A DNA stretch of 64,000 nt from the IMG/VR virus record IMGVR_UViG_3300045988_094674, positions 59,788-123,787 of that record; one strand, given 5' to 3'. The notes below the pieces were generated by a model. That model saw nothing but the letters and a program-made list of their open reading frames with translations, did not search any database and was not told where the DNA came from. The position numbers and the translations under genes are program-made. This document shows, piece after piece, positions 56,068 through 64,000 of this stretch; position 1 is the first letter of the stretch; the number at the start of each line of letters is the position of its first letter. The DNA comes from a virus.

Positions 56068-56781
56068 TCACTCCATTAAATCAGCCCATTGGCTGATCCA
56101 TCCGCGATGATCAATAGTCAAATTACAAATTGCAACACGCTCGTGCTTTGAATAGTGCTCAATACATTTCGTAAAACCAGAAGTGGACGAATCTTCAAGG
56201 TCGCACTGTTTGTCATGACCAATCACAATCAGTTTTACTTTTTGTCCATTACTGCCATCACAACGAGAAATAGTTGTACGCAACTCAGGAACAGTGAAAT
56301 TCTGACTTTCATCAATCAAAATTATACCTTTTAAATTCATACCACGAAGGAATGTATGAGTCATACAATCAATATAACCAGTCCCATTCTTTTGATTTAC
56401 CATTGTATCATCATTGATAACTTTATTTGGATCAATGCCACACTTGACAAGTGCCTGATAGAATGGGGCAAAATAGATTTCGCTCTTTTGTGCCAAATCT
56501 CCGGGAAGATATCCCTGACGCTTCTCACCATAGCTAGAGACGACATATGTAAGATGGTCAAAATAACCACACTGAACAAGCAAGTTTGCAGTCGCTGTTG
56601 CAATAAGCGTTTTGCCAGAACCGGCACAGGCATTCACCAGCACCACATCAATGTCGGGATTCCAAATGGCATCACGAAGAACTCGCTGTTCTTCACAGAG
56701 CTGAATGCCATAAAAACCATACTGATCAGGATCAGTAATCTTCTCCATGGGAATCTCAGTGGGAATCTTTCTCTTAGCCAT
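56068..56781 (-). CDS. phoH: PhoH-like ATPase
   Basis: P-loop NACAGSGKTL, Walker B IILIDESQN, and LIVIGHDKQCDL, typical of phage PhoH. Confidence 0.8.
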   Translation of the reverse strand: MAKRKIPTEIPMEKITDPDQYGFYGIQLCEEQRVLRDAIWNPDIDVVLVNACAGSGKTLIATATANLLVQCGYFDHLTYVVSSYGEKRQGYLPGDLAQKSEIYFAPFYQALVKCGIDPNKVINDDTMVNQKNGTGYIDCMTHTFLRGMNLKGIILIDESQNFTVPELRTTISRCDGSNGQKVKLIVIGHDKQCDLEDSSTSGFTKCIEHYSKHERVAICNLTIDHRGWISQWADLME

Positions 56782-56795
56782 ATATTTACTCTCCC

Positions 56796-57419
56796 TTAAT
56801 TGAACTCATCCACATCATCGCAAATCTTATCTACGATACCAAAGTTGACCTGTTCAGTAGCATCCAGATACCAATCCTTAGCCTTATTCTTAGTCATAGT
56901 CTTCTTGTCGATAGTAGAGTGAGCCATAATATACTCACGCATCTTCACAACCTGCTTCTCGTAGTAGTCCATAGCCATCTTAGACTGCTCGAAAGTACCC
57001 TGAGTACCGCCAGAGCCACTGTGAATCAGCGCGGTAGAGTGAGGCAAAGCAAAACGCTTCTGACCAGACAACAGCATCACAAGAGCAGCACTCATTGCAA
57101 TACCTGCATTGATAGTCCAAACAGGAGTCTTACTCAGCGCAACAACATCAATAAAGCTGAACATCGCATCCAGCTCGCCGCCGTAGCTGTAAATAAATAG
57201 CTTAATAGGCTTGCGCTGCTCAATAGGAGTATCCTTATCAATACGGTTGTACTGCAGAATCTTGCGCTCAATTTCAATCAAAGATTGGTCAATCTCAAAG
57301 TCGATAAAGAAGATGCGATCCTTCTCATCAACGTAGAAGTTCATCATCTCAGGAGAGGGGAGACCGCCACCATTCATCAGGTTGGTGATCTCTTCTGGCA
57401 GTTGAATTTCAAAGTCCAA
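56796..57419 (-). CDS. clpP: ClpP-family serine protease
   Basis: TTG start. YSYGGELDAMFSFID, catalytic-Ser context NAGIAMSAAL, and LPHSTALIHSGSGG. Confidence 0.8.
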   Translation of the reverse strand: MDFEIQLPEEITNLMNGGGLPSPEMMNFYVDEKDRIFFIDFEIDQSLIEIERKILQYNRIDKDTPIEQRKPIKLFIYSYGGELDAMFSFIDVVALSKTPVWTINAGIAMSAALVMLLSGQKRFALPHSTALIHSGSGGTQGTFEQSKMAMDYYEKQVVKMREYIMAHSTIDKKTMTKNKAKDWYLDATEQVNFGIVDKICDDVDEFN

Positions 57420-57445
57420 TAGTCTATACCTCGTTCTTTCAAAGA

Positions 57446-57625
57446 TTAGTAACGTGCGTTACGCTGCATCTGCTTCAGCATCTCGACAGCGGCAATATTA
57501 AAAGGAAGCAGCTCAAGATATCGAGCAGACTCTTCCAGATACCGCTTGTGACGGGTCTTTGCAATGCAAGCATGAGGGAAAACCTTTCGTACAGCCTTCG
57601 CTTCGGACTTAGTAATTTCAATCAT
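57446..57625 (-). CDS. small hypothetical protein
   Basis: Internal ATG (MIEITKSEAKAVRKVF...) after AAAGGGTG. The upstream part of the track ORF overlaps a terminator-like hairpin. Confidence 0.4.
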   Translation of the reverse strand: MIEITKSEAKAVRKVFPHACIAKTRHKRYLEESARYLELLPFNIAAVEMLKQMQRNARY

Positions 57626-57730
57626 TAGGTAAAACACCCTTTCAAAATAAAATAGGTAGGAAGAAAACAAGCGTCCTCGCTCTCTCCCTACCATAACTTT
57701 CCGCACTGTGTTTTACTCTATATATGTAAA

Positions 57731-57749
57731 ATTATAACGTATCTACGTT
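57731..57749 (-). promoter_or_regulatory. TATAAT box abutted by a 14-bp palindrome (operator candidate)
   Basis: Minus strand reads AACGTAGATACGTT-ATAAT. The palindrome AACGTA..TACGTT lies at 57736-57749. No convincing -35 element. Confidence 0.25.
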
Positions 57750-57772
57750 AAAATATCGCGCTTTTTAACATT

Positions 57773-58522
57773 TCATAAATCAAACATTTTTCTATTTTGT
57801 GCAGTTTTCTCAATATTTACGTTTTTAGCGCACTTACGGCAGTATTTTTGTCTGCGTCCGGTGCGAGCAACCATCTTTCCGCAACAATCACACTTGATGT
57901 ATTCTTTCCCACAATACTGACTCCACAGAATACCAGCATTCTCAAAATCGTCCACAAAAATCTCATGAGGAGAATCCGGTTCAGCAATCAAAACATGGAT
58001 ATTCAAGTTGTCGATTTTTTTCAAGCTGGCAAACCCGATAAAACCAAGATTATGTAACTCGCAAATCATCTCGTTCTGTTTTTTCTCATTCACAGACACG
58101 TTTGCCATCCTGAAAATATCAGCCGTATCTTCCGTAATCCAGTAGTTGCATTTTTCATTAACAGCAATATGGTATTTCGCCAGACACAGCATCGTGAACA
58201 TCAGGCGTTGCATCTGCTTGCCTTCAAGTGCTTGAACCTTCTCTACTTCAGCCTTCGTAATGCACACACCATCAAGTTCTACCATAGGACGACCTTTAGC
58301 AGAAGCAATCGCTTTATCAATCAGTTCTCTATCCAGAACCTTATTGTACCCTTCAAAATGACGCAGCATATACTCGTTAAGTTTTTCTCTTACGTCATCC
58401 TTTGAGTACCCTTTATAGAAATAATACTTCGCTACATAATGCAAAACATGCCCCGCCTTCTTCCAAGGCACATCTTTCTCTAACCATTCTTCAGCGTAAA
58501 GAACTTCATTCAATACAATCAT
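57773..58522 (-). CDS. hypothetical protein with a C-terminal zinc ribbon
   Basis: Second ATG after AGGAGG. C-terminal CDCCGK...YCRKCAKN. Confidence 0.5.
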   Translation of the reverse strand: MIVLNEVLYAEEWLEKDVPWKKAGHVLHYVAKYYFYKGYSKDDVREKLNEYMLRHFEGYNKVLDRELIDKAIASAKGRPMVELDGVCITKAEVEKVQALEGKQMQRLMFTMLCLAKYHIAVNEKCNYWITEDTADIFRMANVSVNEKKQNEMICELHNLGFIGFASLKKIDNLNIHVLIAEPDSPHEIFVDDFENAGILWSQYCGKEYIKCDCCGKMVARTGRRQKYCRKCAKNVNIEKTAQNRKMFDL

Positions 58523-61289
58523 CCGCATCCTCCTTACTATTCATGTCAACCAACACATCCTTGAAACGCTTACCATCATATTCAATATTGCCATTCTCAT
58601 CCTGCACAAGAGAATGGACCATACCGCCACGGCGTTCCAATAAGCGTTTAATCAAAGTATCGTGAAACAGTTCCCAGACTATTGCAATGCTGGATGAATT
58701 CTTCTTACAAAGATCAAGCATGATGTCGCAAAGTACATCGTCATTAGAACACTTGTCATGAAGATTGCGGAACATACTTTCCTGATACAACGCAATGCGC
58801 TCCTTGCGATCTGCGCCGGTTTCTTTATTATTGTTTCCGTTGCCAGAATGGATTGCATTACCACGAGCAAACCTCAAATAATCCTTAAAAATAGAGCGGA
58901 TACCATAGTATTGAGAATTGGTGTACTCAACGCCAGACTTGAGCGAGTCGTAATCAAACTTGCGCCTTATCTTGAGTTCTTCTTCAAAATCTTCCAGCTC
59001 GTCCTCAACAGTCCAGCACAGGCGGTTCATGGTACAAGAATTGATTCCGACCGGCATCCGATAGAGGTAATACTGGATAACCATTTCATCCACATCGTCC
59101 TTGACGGTCTTTTGCATAATCTCATCCAGACCGGCAAACCCATCCCACTTAATGCGCTTACGAGCTGCGGCCACATACTGCTTGTAATCGCGCATTTGAG
59201 CAGGGTAGATGTAGCTCATAAAGTATGGCTTACGCCATGCGCAAATACTACTCCAGAACTTCTTATCCTCGATAGTATCAGGATTATCATCGTCTTTAAC
59301 GACGCAAGCTTTATTGTCGTACCAGTATTGCGGCATATCTGTCGTGGCTACGCCTTTTATTTTGTCAATCGCGTTCTGTTGATAAAGCTGTCCGCAGATA
59401 ATGCGATACGTAAGTTCATCGTACTCTTTACTACCTTGCTCAAATTTGCTTCGCACATCAAACATCGTTGTAATTCGGTTTGTTGTACGTCCAATATTAT
59501 CTCCAAATCCGCTGATATTAGATTCAATAAAATCCTTCTCGGTCGGAACTTTTTTATCGCATTTTCGCTGGACACAAAGAACAACGGGTTCATTTTCCCA
59601 TTTATCAATAAGAATTCTATTATCTGTAGAAAACGTAAGGTCGGCATCGAAATCTTCACCGTTAAGCGCTGCACACATATTATCCCACGCATTAGTGATA
59701 AACACGGACTTCATATAGCGATACCAGTATTGGCAATCCTCAGATGCATTCAAATTCATGCACCGAATATTTGCCATCTGACTCATAGGAGCTCTAAAAC
59801 AAGCAACCCTCTTGACGTCTCTATCATTCCAAAAACGACTGTAAACCTCACCAGCCTTCAATAGTCCAGTTACCTCCATCCGAAACATAGACTGGCAAAG
59901 CGCATATGGATCGCCACTCGCAACTTGAAAATTCCCTCGTACCTTTACAACACCCGTTTTTGCCTGAGAGATTCGCTTTTTAATAAAGTATCGAATCCGA
60001 TTCTGCACATAAGGGTCGTTAATCATTTCCGGCTCAATCATAAGAGCCTTAATATAGTCGTTTTCCAGACTGTTTATGTAATTCGGTTCATCACGCATTC
60101 CACTACCACGCAAATACAGCAACGCATCACGCCAGTCACCACCCATGACACCCTTGATTTCATCCAAAGTTGGCTTCACGAGTTCATGAATCTCATTGTT
60201 CGTAAGCTGGTAACTCTGGATAAACTGATAATTCAGATTGCGCTCCTCATCAAGCTCCAACTCACAAGTCTTGGTTACAGAGAAGTGATAGTGATTCTCT
60301 CTACAGTTTTCAAGATAGTCCTCACAACTATGGTAACTATCCCACAGCTTTAACATAGAGGTACTAAGAACGACCTGAATTCTATTGATGTCGCGATAAT
60401 CTCCCCATGCGTCCTTTAACATATTCTGTTTTGCTACCTTCTTAGCGAACTCACGAAAAGGGAAGGGGAATAACATACCTTTGCAGAACGCATTTCGCAC
60501 ACAGAAGCCAGACGCAGTGGATGGAAGTTTCAGATCCTCACTCCACTGTTGTGCAAGATCATAACTAATAAGTCCAAACCCATCATTCGCACACAGCTCA
60601 CAATCGTGTTCTTTATCTTCAACTATCGTAGGTTCTCCAGATACTCCGTCATCCAGAATAACAACATGGTCTTTAAAATGCGTATAACAATCATCTATAA
60701 CAAGTACACCATCAGGGTCAGTGACCGGAATAGAAGCAGAGCAAGCAAGGGCTCTATAAGCCTCTAACTTTGCAGGCACAAATTCCATACCCTTGTTACG
60801 GCCATTATCGATTCGCTTGCGGATCTCGTCAACAAGACGGTCACTCACAAACACAATCGTACTATTCTTAACGCCACCGGTGGTTCCAACCAAACGACGA
60901 TACGTGATTCCATTGATTTTAAACCCCTTTTGAGAACATGCCCGGCGGTAATCATTCTTCTTGTCAACCACCAGACACATATAATCCGGCTTAAACTGAA
61001 CTGCGTCCAGCTCAGTGTATAATCTCCGAATTTCCCGGCGGTTCTCTAAGCAAGAGGGTTCATTCCGTAGCATCTTAATTCTACGCTTGATACTCCGTGC
61101 TTTAGCCTCTGCATCCGTAACACCATTCAACTCATCAATCCATCGTAGAACAGTGCTATCAGCCAACGAGATAATCTCGTGATTTCGTCTGGCTTCATCT
61201 AATGGTAGGGTTAAATCCCATTTTGCTTCAACCAGACGCTTCGTATGGATCTTAAAAACAAACTTCTGGCAAGTTTGCTGCTTTGCCAT
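58506..61289 (-). CDS. YonO-like single-subunit RNA polymerase candidate (two-barrel, RdRP-related)
   Basis: 927 aa. ...VACFRAPMSQMANI... is followed about 45 aa later by NGEDFDADLTF (DFDAD at 59640-59654). This matches the D-b-D-x-D metal-binding loop layout of YonO and cellular RdRP-type enzymes. Confidence 0.5.
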   Translation of the reverse strand: MAKQQTCQKFVFKIHTKRLVEAKWDLTLPLDEARRNHEIISLADSTVLRWIDELNGVTDAEAKARSIKRRIKMLRNEPSCLENRREIRRLYTELDAVQFKPDYMCLVVDKKNDYRRACSQKGFKINGITYRRLVGTTGGVKNSTIVFVSDRLVDEIRKRIDNGRNKGMEFVPAKLEAYRALACSASIPVTDPDGVLVIDDCYTHFKDHVVILDDGVSGEPTIVEDKEHDCELCANDGFGLISYDLAQQWSEDLKLPSTASGFCVRNAFCKGMLFPFPFREFAKKVAKQNMLKDAWGDYRDINRIQVVLSTSMLKLWDSYHSCEDYLENCRENHYHFSVTKTCELELDEERNLNYQFIQSYQLTNNEIHELVKPTLDEIKGVMGGDWRDALLYLRGSGMRDEPNYINSLENDYIKALMIEPEMINDPYVQNRIRYFIKKRISQAKTGVVKVRGNFQVASGDPYALCQSMFRMEVTGLLKAGEVYSRFWNDRDVKRVACFRAPMSQMANIRCMNLNASEDCQYWYRYMKSVFITNAWDNMCAALNGEDFDADLTFSTDNRILIDKWENEPVVLCVQRKCDKKVPTEKDFIESNISGFGDNIGRTTNRITTMFDVRSKFEQGSKEYDELTYRIICGQLYQQNAIDKIKGVATTDMPQYWYDNKACVVKDDDNPDTIEDKKFWSSICAWRKPYFMSYIYPAQMRDYKQYVAAARKRIKWDGFAGLDEIMQKTVKDDVDEMVIQYYLYRMPVGINSCTMNRLCWTVEDELEDFEEELKIRRKFDYDSLKSGVEYTNSQYYGIRSIFKDYLRFARGNAIHSGNGNNNKETGADRKERIALYQESMFRNLHDKCSNDDVLCDIMLDLCKKNSSSIAIVWELFHDTLIKRLLERRGGMVHSLVQDENGNIEYDGKRFKDVLVDMNSKEDADDCIE

Positions 61290-61365
61290 TCGGCAGTCAC
61301 CTCCGTATTCTTCTAAAACGTATCCTGTGTCACGTAGCTATAAAGAAAAATATAAAATTAGGCTT

Positions 61366-61545
61366 TTACAGATAGCAGTTCTCGCCATCTTCCATAGCCT
61401 TGAGCCAAAGTCGTTCACGCTCCTGATAGAGCTCATCCAGTATATCGTCAGCAGTCTCGTACTCGCTGCGTGTCAGACTATTGCTATTCATGTTACACAC
61501 AAGCTGCTTGATCTCTGCATCAACATCCTCGTAAGTTCGCATCAT
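61366..61545 (-). CDS. small hypothetical protein (59 aa)
   Basis: ATG directly follows the upstream TGA. Sequence MMRTYEDVDAEIKQL... Below the track cut-off. Confidence 0.4.
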   Translation of the reverse strand: MMRTYEDVDAEIKQLVCNMNSNSLTRSEYETADDILDELYQERERLWLKAMEDGENCYL

Positions 61546-61941
61546 TCATTCTTCAACTTCCATTGTGACCATGCTGATTTTACGATATGGACACAAGACT
61601 TGCATACACCGGTCAATATCATCAAATACGACATCTTTTCTTCGACCACGTTCTGTCTTTTCGTGTTCAAAATATTGACAGATATCGTATAGACGAATTT
61701 CAATCGCTTCTACCACACCATTGAACTTGTGGTGATTTATGATTACGGAATAAATATAATCAGAGTAAGTAATCCTGTCTATTTTCAATGAATCGAAATC
61801 TTTACAGATGTCTTTGATAATATATTCCAAAGCTATTACACCAAATCTATCTGGTGCTACAATATCACAGTCGTGCTCAATTGCGTATTTGCAAGCATCA
61901 TATGAACGTCCATACCCACGAGGTAAAAGAACTTTTTCCAT
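61546..61941 (-). CDS. hypothetical protein
   Basis: ATG at 61941 after GAGGAGG. TGATG overlap with the upstream reading frame. Confidence 0.5.
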   Translation of the reverse strand: MEKVLLPRGYGRSYDACKYAIEHDCDIVAPDRFGVIALEYIIKDICKDFDSLKIDRITYSDYIYSVIINHHKFNGVVEAIEIRLYDICQYFEHEKTERGRRKDVVFDDIDRCMQVLCPYRKISMVTMEVEE

Positions 61942-62261
61942 CACTTAACCTCCTCGTCCATAATAGCTCCACAGTCAGGACAAAACTTTGATTCATCGAC
62001 ATTTTTGCTAGAACGACAAGCCGAGCATTCAACAAAGAAGCTTTCTCCAAAATCTTCAAAATGCTCAATCCAATGAGCATGAACCACTCGACGGAACTCA
62101 CCGCCAGCAGATATCTCTTCTTCAAGAATGCGCTTTGTGTATTACATTGCCATATCGCACCACATATCATCAATAGACTTTGCGTTACCTCTGGCACTAG
62201 GGCGAGCGATGGCACTATCTAGGACGCCAATCAATCGTGTTGCATTTACAAACTTATCCAT
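61941..62261 (-). pseudogene. reading frame interrupted by one in-frame TAA (zinc-ribbon C-terminal half)
   Basis: ATG at 62261 overlaps the upstream TGA. 39 codons, then TAA at 62142-62144, then 66 open codons ending in a TGATG overlap with the next gene. An internal GTG with GGTGAG upstream is an alternative start. Confidence 0.3.
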
Positions 62262-62539
62262 CACTTGACATCCTCAGCTACCCGGCAGATCGTCCTATCA
62301 ATCTGTTTAAGCTCTTTCAGTAAAACATCCACGGTATCAGCATCACTCTCGGAAATATTCAAATCTTTAATCTTATGTAAAGCCCATTCAAGATTCGGGT
62401 AATAGCCGACCGTAACCTCCTTTACGCCGATGCCCATCTCACCGGTCTTTGGATTCTTACCAGCTGGCCGCTGCTCAATAATAACGAGATTCCGCTCGTC
62501 GCAGTTTTTAATAATATATTTACCAATCTGAATACGCAT
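62261..62539 (-). CDS. hypothetical protein
   Basis: Track ORF of 92 aa. Confidence 0.5.
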   Translation of the reverse strand: MRIQIGKYIIKNCDERNLVIIEQRPAGKNPKTGEMGIGVKEVTVGYYPNLEWALHKIKDLNISESDADTVDVLLKELKQIDRTICRVAEDVK

Positions 62540-62542
62540 CTC

Positions 62543-63250
62543 TTAACCCTCCTTATCGTCCCATTCACCATAAATGGAATCTTTTTCATCCATCAACTTC
62601 TTGAAATACCTTAAAAAGAACGATTGACCTTTTGGTGTAAGTTGTGTCACATATCTCAACCCTCCTCGCGGAGTGCGTTTCTTGATAACCTTAAAATACC
62701 CAAAACTATCAAAATCTCGATACGGAGTATTCCAATATAACCCTCTTGTTTTATTTAGAAATCCTTTTTCTCTTAGAGTTTCAAATACATTATTTCGATG
62801 TGGAATACGGCCACCTACAAGAATTCTGTTCATACTCAAAATATGCACGAAGTCTAAAATAGAAATACATCCGTCAGAATCCTCAACAATAGGAAAATCA
62901 TTATTTGCAACCTTCACATTTGAACTGGTATTATCGTTATTCGGAAGCAAATCTAACTCGTCCTTCATTAAATTATAGATGAATTCTCTTCCGCTTTTTG
63001 TCCACGACAAGAATGTTTTTCCGATTTTCCCATCTCGATTTACAATATCTCTTGAAACAGCATATTTCTTATCCTTGTAAATATCAGTCAACACCCACGA
63101 GCCACTTCGTTCATCTTGCCGAATAACACCATGCTCTTTCAAAAAGCTATTTAGTTTTGCACCTGTCCACTCATATTGTTCCGCTATTTTAGTAATTGGA
63201 ACAATTTTATTAAATGCAATACCAAACATATCGTAGTTTGCTTTTTTCAT
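62543..63250 (-). CDS. phage antirepressor-like (KilAC-type C-terminal domain, tentative)
   Basis: C-terminal NNVFETLREKGFL...WNTPYRDFDSFGYFKV...VTQLTPKGQSFF resembles KilAC. A related N-terminal half is also present. Confidence 0.45.
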   Translation of the reverse strand: MKKANYDMFGIAFNKIVPITKIAEQYEWTGAKLNSFLKEHGVIRQDERSGSWVLTDIYKDKKYAVSRDIVNRDGKIGKTFLSWTKSGREFIYNLMKDELDLLPNNDNTSSNVKVANNDFPIVEDSDGCISILDFVHILSMNRILVGGRIPHRNNVFETLREKGFLNKTRGLYWNTPYRDFDSFGYFKVIKKRTPRGGLRYVTQLTPKGQSFFLRYFKKLMDEKDSIYGEWDDKEG

Positions 63251-63264
63251 TTATGCAACTCTCC

Positions 63265-63534
63265 TTAAATATTTCTAGCAGCCTCAAATGCGGCCACATC
63301 GTTCATGAAATCGTTGATATGTAAATACTTATCAGTCTTCCGCACAGTCTTAGGCTTAAATTCTCGGCATTTGCATCGCACCTCATCACAAATCGTAAAA
63401 CACGGAATCTCGTACCTGCATTTCGTACAAACATGTTTCTTGTGAAACTCTGGCAAGTGTCCAGCAGCTTGGTAGAATTCGTAGGTTACCTTTAAATCAA
63501 TCCAGTAAGGGTTATTAAAATTCATCGTCATCAA
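63265..63534 (-). CDS. small Cys-rich hypothetical protein
   Basis: Track ORF. Contains CTKCRYEIPCFTICDEVRCKC. Confidence 0.45.
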   Translation of the reverse strand: MMTMNFNNPYWIDLKVTYEFYQAAGHLPEFHKKHVCTKCRYEIPCFTICDEVRCKCREFKPKTVRKTDKYLHINDFMNDVAAFEAARNI

Positions 63535-63569
63535 CCTTTCTTATATTGTAATCATCTAGCATGTATTCG

Positions 63570-63998
63570 TTAGTCTTTAACCAAATATTTTGCCATTAAA
63601 TCTGCAATCTCCTTTGCTTCATCTGCACGTGCTTCCTTCATAAGTTGATCGCACTGTTCCTCTGATAATCCACTTTCACGAAGTAAGTTACGAGCATTAA
63701 ATTTTTTGACTATTTGGCAATGCCAATTTTCAACCATGTCAGCATCATTATTGAGCTTTTCTGCTAATGTATCCTCATCCAGCCGTACCATTTTATTTAT
63801 TAAAAACTGCTTTTGATATTTTTCCAGAAAAACGGGAGCATATGTGAACTCTTTTCTCTTTTTCTTCTCCTCTTGTAGCTTCATCTTATTGACGCCGCCC
63901 CATTTTTTTTGTTCCTTGATTCGATTCTGAACTTCATCATGGTCCTTAATTCGTGATGCCACGGTAATTTCATTATCTAAAGCTGCTGCGGACATCAA
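63570..63998 (-). CDS. hypothetical protein (start at the window edge, may be incomplete)
   Basis: Track ORF of 142 aa, Lys/Glu-rich. Confidence 0.4.
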   Translation of the reverse strand: MMSAAALDNEITVASRIKDHDEVQNRIKEQKKWGGVNKMKLQEEKKKRKEFTYAPVFLEKYQKQFLINKMVRLDEDTLAEKLNNDADMVENWHCQIVKKFNARNLLRESGLSEEQCDQLMKEARADEAKEIADLMAKYLVKD

Positions 63999-64000
63999 TC

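Noticed and set aside
55045-56781. An intein or intron explanation for the phoH/endonuclease junction.
   Set aside because: A TGA stop and a separate SD and ATG separate the two ORFs. No Hint/splicing blocks and no P/Q/R/S core elements are present near the junction.
58758-59864. A 368-aa plus-strand ORF, with other long plus-strand ORFs at 38552-39388, 45166-45666, 46120-46746 and 40618-41214.
   Set aside because: These are antisense shadows of long minus-strand genes. They have no SD, their composition is low-complexity or Ile/Leu/Asn-rich, and they overlap well-supported CDSs completely.
61898-62215. A 105-aa minus-strand track ORF (MPSLALVPEV...).
   Set aside because: It has no SD and an implausible composition. 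It is out of frame with the tightly coupled small genes, which account better for this stretch.
1-64000. Possible TGA or TAA reassignment in addition to TAG.
   Set aside because: TGA and TAA terminate essentially every accepted CDS, often in ATGA/TGATG/TAATG coupling overlaps with the next start. The single in-frame TAA (62142-62144) is isolated and has simpler explanations.

Overview
This window is a contiguous piece of an AT-rich, siphovirus-like, temperate-looking phage or prophage genome with strong GGAGG-type ribosome-binding sites (Firmicutes style). From 1-11.2 kb on the + strand there are small early/accessory genes, nucleotide-metabolism genes (nrdG, dut, folD, a GNAT-like gene), an xis-attP-int module and a small operon after int. 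From 11.2-52.3 kb on the - strand there is one ~41 kb late operon. Read in its own direction it runs terS-like, TerL, portal, protease/scaffold, major capsid, head-tail genes, tail tube, tape measure, Dit/Tal, fibres, then the lysis cassette. From 52.3-53.7 kb on the - strand there is a structured non-coding stretch and a five-tRNA array. From 53.8-64 kb on the - strand there are middle/early genes: phosphoesterase, PhoH, ClpP, a YonO-like single-subunit RNA polymerase and an antirepressor. Main observations: (1) Ten in-frame TAG codons interrupt seven late genes, and no accepted CDS ends in TAG. A tRNA with anticodon CUA sits at the head of the late operon. This points to amber reassignment restricted to late and lysis genes. 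(2) Two group I introns carry the classical P/Q/R/S core elements. One lies in the major capsid gene and carries a zinc-ribbon/PD-(D/E)XK-type homing endonuclease. One lies in the tape measure gene and carries about 1.7 kb of non-endonuclease cargo, including an antisense gene and an internal terminator. (3) A paralogous endonuclease gene is inserted at the 3' end of phoH with a 17-nt target duplication. (4) A second tyrosine recombinase and a DUF1064-type nuclease lie inside the tail-assembly region. All calls are made by eye from the sequence and the ORF track. Splice sites, tRNA ends and domain assignments need software confirmation.
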